From positions 277,475,511 through 277,539,510 of the forward strand of contig NC_058135.1 of assembly GCF_016433145.1 (NCBI RefSeq): a stretch of 64,000 bases of DNA. Reading direction: 5' to 3'. Shown here one piece after another: positions 11,950 through 24,660 of this stretch; position 1 is the first letter of the stretch, and every line of letters begins with the position of its first letter. Under the pieces are notes generated by a model, which had not been told where the DNA came from, searched no databases, and saw nothing but the letters and a program-made list of their open reading frames with translations. Origin of the DNA: Gracilinanus agilis (Eukaryota). The position numbers were made by a program, and so were the translations under genes.

Positions 11950-14900
11950 TTTTAATTTTCCAATTTAGTCTTTAATTGTGGATTTTTTTTAATTCAAGGG
12001 TTTGTTTTTTTAGTTTCATGTTCAATTCATTGATCCACTTTTCTATATTTTATTGTTGTAAGATTTTACAGACATAAATTTTCCCCTAAGTATAATTTTG
12101 GCTGTGTCCTATACATTGTGATATGTTGTCTCTTATTATCATTTTCATTAATGAAATTATTGTTTCAATATTTTGTTCTTTGACCCACCCTTTTTTAGAA
12201 TTATATTATTTAATCCCTAAATAATTTTATATGTCTTTCCATACAATCTTATTGATAATGTTGTATTATGATCTAAAAAGAATGCATTAATCATTTTTGC
12301 TTTTTCACATTTGATTGTGATGTTTTAATGCACTAATATATGCTTAATTTCTATGTAGTTGTCAAGTATTGCTAAAAGAAGATATATTCTTTTATATTAC
12401 CTTTCAATTTTCTCCAAATATCTTTTAAATCTAATTTTTCTAAAATTTCCTTCCCTTCTTTCTTGTTCATTTCTTTTTTTTTGTTTGTTTGATTTATCTA
12501 GATATGAGAGGAGAAAGTTGAGGTATAATATAGTTTTGCTCTCTTGTTCCTCCTGAAGCTCATTTAATTTCTCTTTTAAAACTATGGATACTATACTAAT
12601 TGGTGCATGTATGTTTAGTATTGATAATACTTTATTGTCTATATCTATCATTCATTTTATATCGAGATGTAATTTACTTCCTTATCTCTTTTAATTAGAC
12701 CTACTTTTGCTTTAGCTTTGCCTGCAATCATGGTGGCTACTAATCTTTTGCTTGTCTTTTAACTTCAGATGATGCCCAATAAAAATTCTACTTCATCCTC
12801 TTACCTTTACTTTGTGTATGTCTCCTTACCTCAAATGTGTTTCTTGTAAATACATAAAATAGTATTCTGGTTTTTGATCCACTCTGATATCCACTTTTAT
12901 TTTATGAGTGAGTTCATCCTGTTCCCTTTCACATTAATGATTATTAACTGTATTTTCCTTCTTTTTTATTTTCCTCTTTTGATCCTGCACTTTCTCTTCT
13001 TTCACTCTGTCCCTCTTCACATATGTATTGCTTTTAATCAACCCCTTCCACCTCCTTTCTGTTATCCATCTTTACCTTATTCCCCTCTTATTTCTTAACA
13101 GGGTTGGATAGAATTCCATACCCAAATGATTGTTATTCCTTCTTTGAGCCAATTCTGATGAGAGTAATTTTTAAGACTTGTTCATCACCACTCTTATCTT
13201 TACCTCCACTCTAATAGTTTTTTCATGCCTTTTTAGGTGAGATAATTTGCTCTGTTATTCCTCTCCTTTCCCTCTTTTCTTAGTGTAATCTTCTGTTAAT
13301 CCCTTCTTGTTGTTATTGTTGTTTTGCGTATCCTATAACACTAATCATCTTACTTCCACACCTTCTCTCTAGGCATATTCTAATACTTATTTTTAAAAAA
13401 CAAGAGTTACAAATACCATCTTTCCAGGTAGGTATATAAATAGTTTGGCCCTTTTGAATCTCTTAAATTTTCTTGCCCATTTACATTTTTATATTTCTTT
13501 CGAGTCCTGTATTTGAACATCAAATTTTCTGTTTTGGTAGAGTTTTTCATCAGTAATAATTGATAATCTTCCTTTATATTAAATGACCATTTTCCCCCTG
13601 AAAGAATATACTCAGTTTCTGGGTACATGATTCTGGGTTGTAAACCTACTTGTTTTGTCCTCTGAAATACTATATGCCAAGTCTTCTTATACTTTAATGT
13701 GGAAGTTGCTAAGTCTTATGTAATCCTGTCTGCAACTACACATTATTTGAATTGTTTCTTTTTGAATGTTTGCGGTATTTTCTCCTTGGCCTGGGAGTTC
13801 TTGAATTTCATTATATTTTTCTTCGGAGTTTTCATTTGGGGATTTATTTCAGTAGATTCTTTCAATTTGTATTTTACCCTCTTGTCCAAGAATATCAGGA
13901 CAATTTTCTTGTAATATGGTAACCAGTCATTTTTTTTCTTTCTCTTTTTTTAATCCTGCTTTCAGGTAGTCCATTAATATTTAGATTTTCTTTCCTAGAT
14001 CTATTTTCTAGATCAGTTGTTTTTTTCAATGATATATTTCTTTTATTCTACTTTTCATTCTTTTGATTTTGTTTTATTAATTCTTGCTGTCTCATGAAGT
14101 CATTAGCTTCTATTTTCCTTATTCTATTTTTTAAGAAATTATTTTCTTCCATGAGCTTTTGAATTTCCTTTTCCATTTGGTCAATTCTGCTTTTTAGTAA
14201 AGCCTTTTCTTTGTTAGATTTTTTTGTATCTCTTTTTCCATCTGACCAATTCTGCTTAGCATTGCTTTAATTTCTCTTCTCCATTTTTTCTCTGCCTCTC
14301 TTAATTGATTTTTGTAGTCCTTTTTGAGGTCTTCCATAGCCTGAGACCCATTTGTTATTTTTTGAAGTTTTTGTGTAACTATTTTGATCTTACTGTCTCC
14401 TTCTGAGTCTGTGCCTTGCTCTACTTTGTCTCCATAATAATTTTCTATGGTTAGGTGGTATTTGCGGGGTGTTGGTTGGATTTTGTTTTTTTTTTTTTTT
14501 GGTTTGTTTGTTTTTGGGGGGAGTTATTTGTTTTGGTGATTGGTGATTGCTCTTTTTCTCCTTGACTTAACTAAACTTTTAGTTTTATCTTAAAGGCAGG
14601 TGCTATACTCAGAGTGAAGGGGGCACTCTCTTAAACTTGTTTTTCCTGTCTGTTACCCTCAGCTCAAGTTCTGGGTTTCAGCAGGTTGCATTTCTTTCAA
14701 GGTGGTATTATGGCCTATGGGGTAAGAGCTCTGAAAGCCAAATCCCACTGTTGGATTAGTCTTCCCTAGGGACTGTGGGGGTGGGGTAGGGGTAGGAAGA
14801 CTTGAAGGGCTTAGAGCATTGTGAGTTGCCTTGCACTGAGGCCAAGAGCCTAACCTCAGGCTTGAGCAGGGACTTTGGGGGTCACTCTGGGCCTAAACAA

Positions 14901-15432
14901 TTCAAGGGTACTACAGACTGCTTTGTGCTGGGGCTTGGGGCTTCAACTTGGGATTGGGAAGGGACTCCATGCCACACTCTCGGCCTATAATGGCCAACCA
15001 CACTGTGGGTTGCCTTGATCTTGGGCTGGGGGCCTCATTGCAGGCTTATGCTAGGGCTTTGAACTTCAAGGGGGTGGGTGTGGAGGTACTGTGCAATTGA
15101 CTCAGGCAGGAACTCAGGGTCTTGATGTTGGTTTGTGCTCAGGTTCAAAACCTGAAGCAGTAGATGTGGGGTTGGAGGGCTTGCTATTGACTTGTGGTGG
15201 ATTCCTTGGTATAGCCTTGCTGTGGCCTAGGTAGCCTTATAGTGGGCTGTGTTCCCCTTTTATCCCTCTCTTCCTATCTTTCAAGCTCTTTTCTACAGAA
15301 AAATTTCTTCACTTTATCCTCTTGTTGGTTCTGTCATTCTAGTATTTATTTTGAAACATTATTCTAAGTTTGGATAGAGAGAATTCTCAGAGAGTTTCAA
15401 ACTTTATGTGCTTCTACTCATCATCATGGCTC
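11950..15432 (-). mobile_element. Marsupial L1 with 5'UTR, ORF1 and ORF2 endonuclease region; 3' part missing; decayed
   Basis: 5' end GAGCCATGATGATGAGTAGAAG at 15432 resembles the marsupial L1 start. ORF1 C-terminal similarity at about 13400-13700 (YP..ILSGGKWSFN..ED). Inter-ORF region at about 13100-13200. Endonuclease-like text at about 12000-12900. Confidence 0.85.
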
Positions 15433-15666
15433 AACATCATGATCATTATTCTTAAATCTTTAAATCCTTCCAAAATATTCTTATTGTATAAATTGTTGTT
15501 CTGGTTCTGCTTACTTCATTCTTCATCTAATTAATTCTTCTCACTGTCTTTATTCATCTGACCATCACTTCAATTCTGGTCCTCATCCTTTCCTATCTGG
15601 ACCACTGCAATAGCCTGCTCTTCTGTCTGTTTCCATCTAGCTCCTCACTATTCCAAGTCCCCAGAT

Positions 15667-15869
15667 CAGTGATGGGCAAACTACAGCCCATGCGCCAGAT
15701 GTGACCCCCTGAAATGTTCTATCCGACTGGGCAACATTATTCCTAATCTTATGAATACAATGAGTAGGATACAATACAATGAAACTTCGAAAGAGTTGCC
15801 TTAGAAACAGACTGACAGATGAGCATTTCCTTTCCTTTGGCCCCTCTTTAAAAAGTTTGCCCATCACTG
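15667..15869 (+). mobile_element. Non-autonomous hAT MITE, OC1/OposCharlie-like, inserted in an L2 remnant
   Basis: Perfect 16-bp TIRs CAGTGATGGGCAAACT / AGTTTGCCCATCACTG, 203 bp long. Degenerate 8-bp TSD (CCCCAGAT / TACTAGAT). Same family as 20277-20449. Confidence 0.88.
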
Positions 15870-17752
15870 TACTAGATGGCTGCCAAAAATATTTTCCCAT
15901 AGCCTATGTTCTCTAATTGGGGCTCTCTAATATTCAACTATTGCTTATATAGCTCCAAAGTTGAATATAAATGCTTCTTGGAATTCAAAGCTCCCACAAG
16001 TTGGTGCCAACCTAATTTTCCAGGTTTATGAACTTATAAACTTTCATGAACATTCTAGTAAAACCAGACAGGTTTATTACTGCCTGCATGTCTTTGAACT
16101 GACTTTCTAAAGTGTCTGGAATGAACTTCCTTACCATTTATTAGCATCCATCATTTCTTTCAACAGTGATCCCAGTCAAGACCAAATGAAACCTTTATGA
16201 ATTCCCATAGTTGATGTTCTCCTCTTACTCCTACATTTTTACATTTTTGCCCCCAAAAAGAATGTCATCTCCCAAAGTGAAAGAACCCACCGACTTTAAT
16301 TTTATATAACCAGAACTTAGCACAATATCTGATAAATGCTTGATAAATCATTTTGCTTTATTGATTGTACGATAGAAAACAGATTAAAGGGCTTGATTTA
16401 GTCATGGAAAGTGATGTAAAGAGGGAGGACAAATTATCATTTAGATTTTCCCTGGTTACATGTTGCACATCCCTGTAGAATGTAATATCTTTGAGAGCAG
16501 CAACCATTTTGATTTTTTGTCTGCATCCTAGGGATTAGCTTAAAGTTGTACAGATAGTGGGTACTTCATAATTTGTTGATATAGCAAACAAGAAATAGAT
16601 TTTTTTTGTTATTTTTTTGCTCAGTCATGCAGCTACCTGTCTTATCTTAGGACTTTATATCAGAGATGTAAAATCTTTATCAATTCTCTACAATCTAGAT
16701 TATCTTTTCTAACAGAGAATGAGGTGCCATTATTTGCTAAGAATTAGTTTGCCTAGAAAAATGACCAAGTCCTTACACTTCTAAGTCTTTCATGTCTGTC
16801 TAACCTCCATTTTCTGTATGTCCTCTTAGATTTTGGCTTAGAATTTGACCTTCAATATTGATGCTTAGGGGTGGTTCCAGATCAGTTTCTTTTGATCTCT
16901 AGTTCTTTATTCTACTCTCAGATACTGAACTATGATGTGGTAGTCCTAGGTTTTTGTACTACTTTGTTTTATGATTTATGACCATGTGACATGAATTCTA
17001 AAAGAGATAATCCAAGATGAGAAAAAATAATCTACTCATATACACAGTCAAATATACTTCCAAAGAAATATGTAAATACAAACACCATTTATTTGATTCC
17101 TGATTGTCCATCATATTATTCTGGAACCTGAAATGGGTAGAAGCATGACCAAAAATTTGCTTAAATAAAAAAATGATAAAAGAGTAAGCAATAAGGATAG
17201 GGGAACAGAGAATAAAACCTTTCAGCTAGAATAAGTGACATAGGTTAAGGCAAAAAGTCAAGGACATTTTCACTGTTTGATCAGGATTCATTTTGTGGTG
17301 AGTTCTAAAAAATCAAGAGTTAAAAAAAATTGGACAAGATCAGAATTTTGACAGAAAATCCTAAAGTATGAATTTAAGGAACTTGCATTAGATACACCAT
17401 ACGAAGTAATAAGTATTTTCATATTTTCATCTTATCTTTTAACCCAACAATATCTGTCAACTCTATCAAACTTTTCTTTCTAAAATGTATCTAAATAGCT
17501 GCATTTATCTGATATTCTTAACAAATATACAAATGATTTTTTTCTTTTTAAATAGAGCAATATAATCTTTACAATGAGCAAGATTTTTCCCAAAGATTTA
17601 TGTTGATTTTTCATAATGTATTCATTAATTTTCTTCAAGCTACTATGACACTAAATAATGCTTTACATTTTTTACCATATCCTTCATCTCCACATAATTA
17701 CTCAAGCAAATTAGAAAATAGAGTTCATTATTGAACAATTGCTCAAAAGGCC

Positions 17753-18694
17753 CTAAGTCATATGTCTCTGTAAAACCTTCTTCAGGGCATCTTTCACATC
17801 TTTGTTTTTTAAGCTGTATATAAAGGGATTGAGCATGGGAATAATCACTGTATAAAATACAGAGACTACCTTATCTTGCTGCATTGAGTAACTAGAGGTG
17901 GGACGTGAATACATGAAAAGAATGGTCCCAAAGTAAATGGTGACAGCCATTAAGTGGGAGGCACAGGTGGAGAAAGCTTTGCTCCTACCCTCAGCAGACC
18001 TCATCCTCAAGATGGTGACAAGGATAAAAAGGTAAGAGATGAGGATCATCAATACACAACTGATGACAATGAAGCTGGAGAAAATCATGATGAGCATCCC
18101 ATTGATATAAGTATCTGAACAAGAGAGTTTCAGGAGGGGTGGTGTATCACAGTAAAAATGATTAATCAGATTGGAGCCACAAAAGGACAACTTGAAGGTC
18201 ATACCAGTATGAACAGCTGCATTACTAAAACCACCCAAAAATGCAGAAATGACAAGCATGAGACAAATTCTTTCTGACATGATAACAGAGTATAATAGTG
18301 GATAGCAGATGGCCACATAGCGATCATATGCCATGATTGCTAAGAGGAAACACTCAATACCCACAAATGAGCCAAAGAAGAAAAACTGAGCTGCACAACC
18401 ATTGAAGGAGATGGCTTTGTTCTCATCCAAGAGGTTTACCAGCGTCTTGGGAGTGATTGAAGAGGAGTAAGATGAGTCCACAAAAGACAAATTGCTGAGG
18501 AAGAAATACATGGGGGTATGGAGTCTAGGCTCAATTTTGATTAACAGGATCATGCCCAAATTGCCCACCATGGTGGCTGTGTAGATGAAGAGGAATATGA
18601 CAAAGAGGATAAGTTGAAGTTTGGGATTGTCTGAGAGTCCTAACAGGACAAATTCAGTCACCTCTGTTTGATTCCGCACCTTGATTTCACCCAT
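17753..18694 (-). CDS. OR5AP2: Olfactory receptor OR5AP2-like; intact, 313 aa
   Basis: All OR motifs are present. [74 protein letters not shown] and [10 protein letters not shown] match recalled human OR5AP2. Likely a co-orthologue with the 63640 gene. Confidence 0.95.
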   Translation of the reverse strand: MGEIKVRNQTEVTEFVLLGLSDNPKLQLILFVIFLFIYTATMVGNLGMILLIKIEPRLHTPMYFFLSNLSFVDSSYSSSITPKTLVNLLDENKAISFNGCAAQFFFFGSFVGIECFLLAIMAYDRYVAICYPLLYSVIMSERICLMLVISAFLGGFSNAAVHTGMTFKLSFCGSNLINHFYCDTPPLLKLSCSDTYINGMLIMIFSSFIVISCVLMILISYLFILVTILRMRSAEGRSKAFSTCASHLMAVTIYFGTILFMYSRPTSSYSMQQDKVVSVFYTVIIPMLNPFIYSLKNKDVKDALKKVLQRHMT

Positions 18695-20139
18695 GTATCT
18701 AATTATTCATGCAGAACTAAGAAAGATAATATAGCATATCAGTGATTAGGATAAATAAATGAGAGATACTTTTCGGTACTGACAGGATAGTTCAAAAATT
18801 TTTATTCTAGTTCTTAATGCTATTAAATTTCTGTATTACTTTGATTAAATCACTTTTCCTTCCTTCATTCTAAGTTTATTCTGTGTATTATGAAATTTTT
18901 AGTTTAAAATTATTTTGGGATTAGAAGGGCCCTTAAAAAAAGATATTGAAATAAATTATAACATTGTAGACTTATTACTAGAAGAAGCTTTAGAAGAATA
19001 TCTAGTCCAACCCCATTATTTAAAAAAAAGTTGAATCACAGGGTACTTCATGGTATGATAGTAAGGTCATATAATAAATGGCGTGACCAGATTTCAAGTA
19101 ACTCTTGCCCCTAGAGCCACTTAACTTTTCACTGAAATATATGATCTCTAACATTGTGTGTTCTGTTTTCTATGTATGTCTTCAGCCTTGTATTTTCTTT
19201 AATTTCACTCAGACCAACTCCTGTTTACAGTGTAATTATTCAACAAAAATTCACGTAGAACTAACTTGCTAGGCACTAAGACACTAATTTTAATCACAGA
19301 GCTTATGGTCCAGGAAGATGATAAAACATAAACACAAGTAACTCTACTGAAAATTATCTCACAATAAGTTCTAAGGTGGAATCAAAGACATAGTTGAGTT
19401 CCAAAGAGGAATCTCATTATTAATAGGACAAATTATATTCTATAACCCACTGACCTTAGCCTTGGTTGAAGTGATAAGGACAAAACAATTTTGTGTTTGT
19501 GGAGCTAATGTGCCACAAAATATGAAGTAGACAAATAAATACACAGGCTAACTCAAAGAATTTGAAGGTGTAAACCTAGAATACTGAGAAGGTATTGGTT
19601 CTGACAACAGAACTAGGGAATATCAGAAGAGGAAGAAATTTAGAATAATTGATTCCATTTTATACAAGTTGAATGTTTGGTGCTAAAAGGGATCTGGGGA
19701 AGATATTCAGAAGACAGTTGGTTATAAACAACCTAGAGTTTAGAGGAAATATTAAATGTATGTGTGTGTGTCTTTGATGAATTATATTCATCTCGTCATT
19801 TCCTGCCTGATATTTTAGATTTCATGAGGTCCAGAAAATTAAACTCATCATTATTCAAGACTAAATCAATTTCAAAAAATCATATCTTTTTAGTTATTCA
19901 CTTCCCTAGAGTTTCTCCTTCTCTCTTGTCAGAAAGGGTGACAACATTTGTGAGATCTTCCCAGACCCTTGTTTTGTGGAGGGTACCAAGGGAATTCACT
20001 TCACCATCTCTTCTACCAGCTGATCTCCTGGATTTAATGATCTTCAGAAACTCATTCTGCAAGATAAATCTGACAATAATTCACATCTTTTCAGATTATT
20101 TCCCATCCTGGATGTAGAACTCCATCATGTTCTTTGTAT

Positions 20140-20644
20140 TGTGCCCCTGTGGGACTTATGAGAAAGATAACTAGCCACACTCAGAGGAAGAACTGTGTAA
20201 GCAGAAACACAGAAGAAAAACAACTGCTTGATCACATGACCTGATGGGAATATTATTGAGAATGTAGGCACTAAACCAGTGATGGGCAAGCTTTTTAACG
20301 AGGGGGCCAAAGGAAAGGAAATGCTCATCTGACGGTCTGTTTCTAAGGCAACTCTTTTGAAGTTTCATTGTAGTGTATCCTACTCATTGTATTTATCAGA
20401 TTAGGAACATTTCTGGATCTGGCCTCCAGCCCTAGTTTGCCCATCACTGCACTAAACAATAACTCTAGTCCCACTATCAATAATACAGAATTAGGTCTTA
20501 ATCAATGATACATGTAAAACCCAGTGGAATTGTGTGTTGGCTATGGGGGAGCGGGGATTTGGGGGAGAGAGAAAGAAGATGAAGCATGTAACTCTGGGAA
20601 AATATTCAAAAGGAAAATCAAAATTTAAAAAATAAATAAATAAA
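20140..20644 (+). mobile_element. Opossum L1 3'UTR (5'-truncated copy) with a nested hAT MITE
   Basis: CAGAGGAAGAACTGTG..GCAGAAACACAGAAGAAAAACAACTGCTTGATCACATG..ACATGTAAAACCCAGTGGAATTG..GGGAAAATATTCAAAA followed by an A-rich tail. Confidence 0.85.
20277..20449 (-). mobile_element. Non-autonomous hAT MITE, OC1/OposCharlie-like (internally deleted copy)
   Basis: TIRs CAGTGATGGGCAAGCT / AGTTTGCCCATCACTG with a perfect 8-bp TSD CACTAAAC (20269-20276, 20450-20457). The interior is the reverse complement of 15667-15869. Confidence 0.93.
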
Positions 20645-20765
20645 TGCTTATTTACTCTGATCTTCACATATATAAACTCATGCGTCCTTGTGTATACAAC
20701 AAGTTAGGCCCACAGTCTGAAGGGAAAGAATGGATTTAGGTTCATTGCAATTCTACTCGAGAGTG

Positions 20766-22211
20766 TGATTATTGAACATGATTTCTTCTTGATTGTGCCC
20801 CCAAGTTAGAGAGAGTTACTTCTCTCTAACAATTAACTTGAAGGTTGGCATCCTATCCCTGTACTAAGAAAATTAACTCTCTTCTGCATGTCTCCCAGAA
20901 GCATCCCACACTCTCATGCCTCAAAGGAACACAAGAAAATGCAAAACCCAGGTTCAACCCTAGGTATAAACAAGAAATAAGATTAGGTCAGTCAGATATC
21001 ATCTTTAACAGAATAAAAGAACATTCTTCAAAAAGATGCTAATTGAACCTATGTAAAGTAACAGTTAATGATGGCTTCTTCCTAGTTGTTACTCACAATG
21101 TACCAGATATTTTTCCTTTAGCATTTAAACCACCTAATTGTGCTCATAACAAACACCAACCTACAAAACCCCAGGCTCTTTTATGTTACTGCTTATTCCT
21201 TTAGTTTTGACTACTCTCCCCTCCCTGGAGATGTGACTTTGAGGAGGAAAAACTTCTTCTAATGCCAATGTTGTGTGACAGTATGGGCTCAATTTGCAAA
21301 AAGAGCCAAGTAATATATAAAGCTGGAGATGGAATGGAACTTGGAGTGGCCCCAGGAGGGGGTTGGAAGTTCAGAATGTGAAGGAGGGTCAAGAGGAGGA
21401 GTTTTTTAACTGTCATTTCACTCCTGAGCCTTTGGGGGACCAGGGGGGCTGGTGGAATGGTGCTTGTTTGGGTTGAATCCTTAGTGAATCTAGATCCTAT
21501 GTACCCCTATATTTGAGAATATTTGGAGGTCACAGCAAGTGATATCAATTTCTACAAACTTCAATTTACCATCCAAGAAGACATTGAACAGCAGTTCTCC
21601 ATTTTGGCCAGGGAGCCCAGACTCCTGGCAGGAACAGGTGACCCTTCCCTGATCCAGCTTGATTCATTTATCCCTGTTACTCCCCTTTTATATTAGTTTA
21701 GAGATTATTGATTAGGAGATTGTAGGGGGAGAGGCTTAGTTACTGAAACCAACCGTCAGAAGTCCAGTGTTGCTCTCTCAGGAAGAAGACTATAGTTGTT
21801 AGGGAGCATATCCTTTCTCTCCTCCATCCTTTATTCCCCAATACCTTCTCTACCAGTAACCTGAATTTGGTTATCTTTTAATAAACCCTTGTTAGTTTGA
21901 TAATTAGAGTTTGGTGCAGTTACAGTTGAGGGGGGAGGTGACTTGGAGTGGCTGAGGGGAAGACTGATATTATACTCCATCTCGAAGGGAAAAAGCCATT
22001 TGATTAGGAGACTGGGTGGGGCTTGTCTTTACATTCATGGCACTGAAGATTGGACCCATCTCACTATGGTCTCAATTGATCACTAACATCTTCCTTCAAC
22101 AATTTCACTTCAGCTTTTCCATTTTGGGGAGCCCCCTTGAGAATTACACCCTCTAACATCTTCCCAGTGGGAGGTGAAGAGTTGCCTACTTTGACCCTTT
22201 GATATCTTACA
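20766..22211 (+). mobile_element. LTR-like sequence, possible long solo ERV LTR
   Basis: Higher GC than the flanks. TATATAAA at about 21314, AATAAA at about 21880, ends ..GATATCTTACA. Possible TG start at 20766 with a 4-bp TSD AGTG. Boundaries uncertain; LTR-like sequence may extend to about 20690 and 22470. Confidence 0.5.
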
Positions 22212-22639
22212 AGTGGGGTCTTCAAATGTACACCCCATACATCATCAATACCCACATTATACAGTTGCTACCATTCATGACCATTGACTGTGATGTCATG
22301 TTACTTATCTTTACCTCTTCTTTTATTCAAGAGATCCTCCTGTACCTACCCTGGTCCCCAAATCTCAGTATTTCCTTGCCTCAGGGGAAAAGAAGAAAGC
22401 ACCAAATACCAAATGTCTATATAGGTCCAGACAATTCTTGCCCTCTCTACAGACCCTCCTGAGGAAGTGCCATATATAGATTTGGCTGAATTAAATTTAG
22501 ATACTTCAGCACCAGAGCCTTCTCATTATTCTCTAATGAACAAATGAAAACAACTAATATTTATTAAAACCAGATTACAAATTTAATTTAAAAATACTAA
22601 TAATCTCCAAAAATGAACCTCAAAAGGAATAGTCATAGT

Positions 22640-22900
22640 TAAAATCCAGAGTCAAATGGCACAGTGCATAGAGTATTGGACCTGGAATCAGGAAGACATG
22701 AGTTCAAATCCAGCCAAGGACATTTATTAGATATGAAACCTAGGGGAAATAATTTAATCTCAGTCTTCCTCAGTTTCTTTAATCATAGAATTGATATAAT
22801 AATAATACCTACTTAGGATTATTGTGAAAATCCCATAAGATTGTATTTGTAAAGAGTTTAGCACAATAACTGGAAGGACTGTTGTTATCATTATCATTAT
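22640..22900 (+). mobile_element. MIR
   Basis: GGACCTGGAATCAGGAAGACATGAGTTCAAATCCAGCC..CTCAGTTTCTTTAATC..GGATTATTGTGA. Confidence 0.7.
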
Positions 22901-24353
22901 CTCCCATAGCAAAGAAGGGATATTGCAAACATCCAGAAAATTTAGTTGTCAAGAATTTATAATCAAGATGGCATGAAACCTGAAACATCTTATTAAAAGG
23001 AACAAATATTGTAATACCATATTTCATGAGTCAAAAGATACTTTTTATAACTAAGAATAACTTGCCCTGAAAAGCAGAACATAGCTTTTTAGGGAGAAAA
23101 AAGGATATTCAAAGCAGTAGAAGCCTTTAAAACAAATTTTGAAAAGACTAGTGTTGAGTAAATACTTTAAAATACAGTCTAGAGAAACCAAGAAAAGTAC
23201 ATTTATTGGAACAATTTGATAATGAATGAGGTTGAATGGTTATGTATTACTAACATACTAATAAGGGATGAAAAAAATAAGCCTCTTTGGAACTATATCT
23301 TCAAATGGTATTCAATTCAGGAAAATAGTGGTCCTGGTAATGGATTCATTCTCTTCCAAGTATTTGAACTAGGGAAAGAGAAAGGTAAGTAAGAGGAATG
23401 TACTAGTGAATAAAAAAGAAAGAGTTGGAATTTGTTATTTTTATGACTAGTATATGATACTGATTAAATGCCTTTGAATTTTATCATTTCAGAAATTATT
23501 GGTAACCCCTCAAAGAGCAGTTTCAATATAATTGTGGGGTGGAGAAATCAATGGTTTTATGAAGTGCTGCATCTAAGCTGAGCTGTCCTACATCACCTTA
23601 ACTTAGAAAGAAATGTGCCAAATAAGAGTAGCCACAGAAAAAAAAAAGTTCATCTTTATGGTTCATATTCCTGGAGAAATAAGAAGATAAAGTAAAGAAA
23701 TGAATAAGCAAAAAGAATTTCCATCACCATAAAGTATTATAGTGTTAAAGAATGTGAAGAAAATCTCTAAAAGGAAAAGAAAATAATTCTGTAGTAACCA
23801 CAGTAAGAACACTAAAAAAGAAAATAAAACAACCATAAAAACCAAAGAGCAATAAAAATCCTAATAAAATATTAAAGGGACAAGATCAAAAGGAAAATCA
23901 GAACTTTTTAAAAAATACAATTTGGAAAAGGAGAACTGGGACCTGCTAATAACACAATGAATAATATGAAAAATGAAGGAGAGAAAAAAGAACTCAAAAA
24001 TTTAGTGGTACAATACTTAAGAGTTAGTGCTGGACCTATGGGAAGTCAGGTAACATTTATTGTTATTACAACTTTTCTACATGACAGAACCCTGTTAGAC
24101 TCTATCTAAAATGTTTCAGATATTAGAATTCAGTTCAGTTCTAATGTCTCTAGTGCCTAAGTATGTTCTATGTTCTATGTTCCCTTATAATTCCTAAATA
24201 TGATGTTCTAAGGCCACTCTCAGCTCAGATATAGTGTCCCTTTATTAGTCCCTTTACATTATCATTATTTTATAACCTAATAGCCCATCTGGATCCATTA
24301 TTCTAATCATCCATGAGCACATAATATTCAGTAATAGACATAGAGATCACAAT

Positions 24354-24660
24354 ATTTACCTCTGTTTCTGTCCAAAAACCATCTTTTCCAGAAAATCAGC
24401 ATTCATTCACTTTACTTTAGGCATTTTCGGCATGGGAAAATAATGAGGCAAAGCAAGGCACATATCTCAAGGATATATAAAACCTGCATGTCATTGTCTT
24501 CCCTATCTCTATGGACAAAGATTTTCCAACAATTATATTAAGGGAGCAATCAATAGACTTTTATTCATAGGAAAATTGGCCCCGTTAGATTGTGATCTAT
24601 GGGGATTTTTTCCCCCGCAAAACACTCAGAAGGAACAATTAAAAGTTTTTAAATGAGTAT
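24354..24660 (-). promoter_or_regulatory. Candidate promoter and first exon of the OR5AP2-like gene at 17753..18694
   Basis: Homologous to 10230-10305: shares ATAGGAAAATT, TGATC..TGGG.ATTTTTC and CAGAAGG(T/A)ACAATTAAAA. Possible donor GAG|GTAAAT at 24360. Confidence 0.5.
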
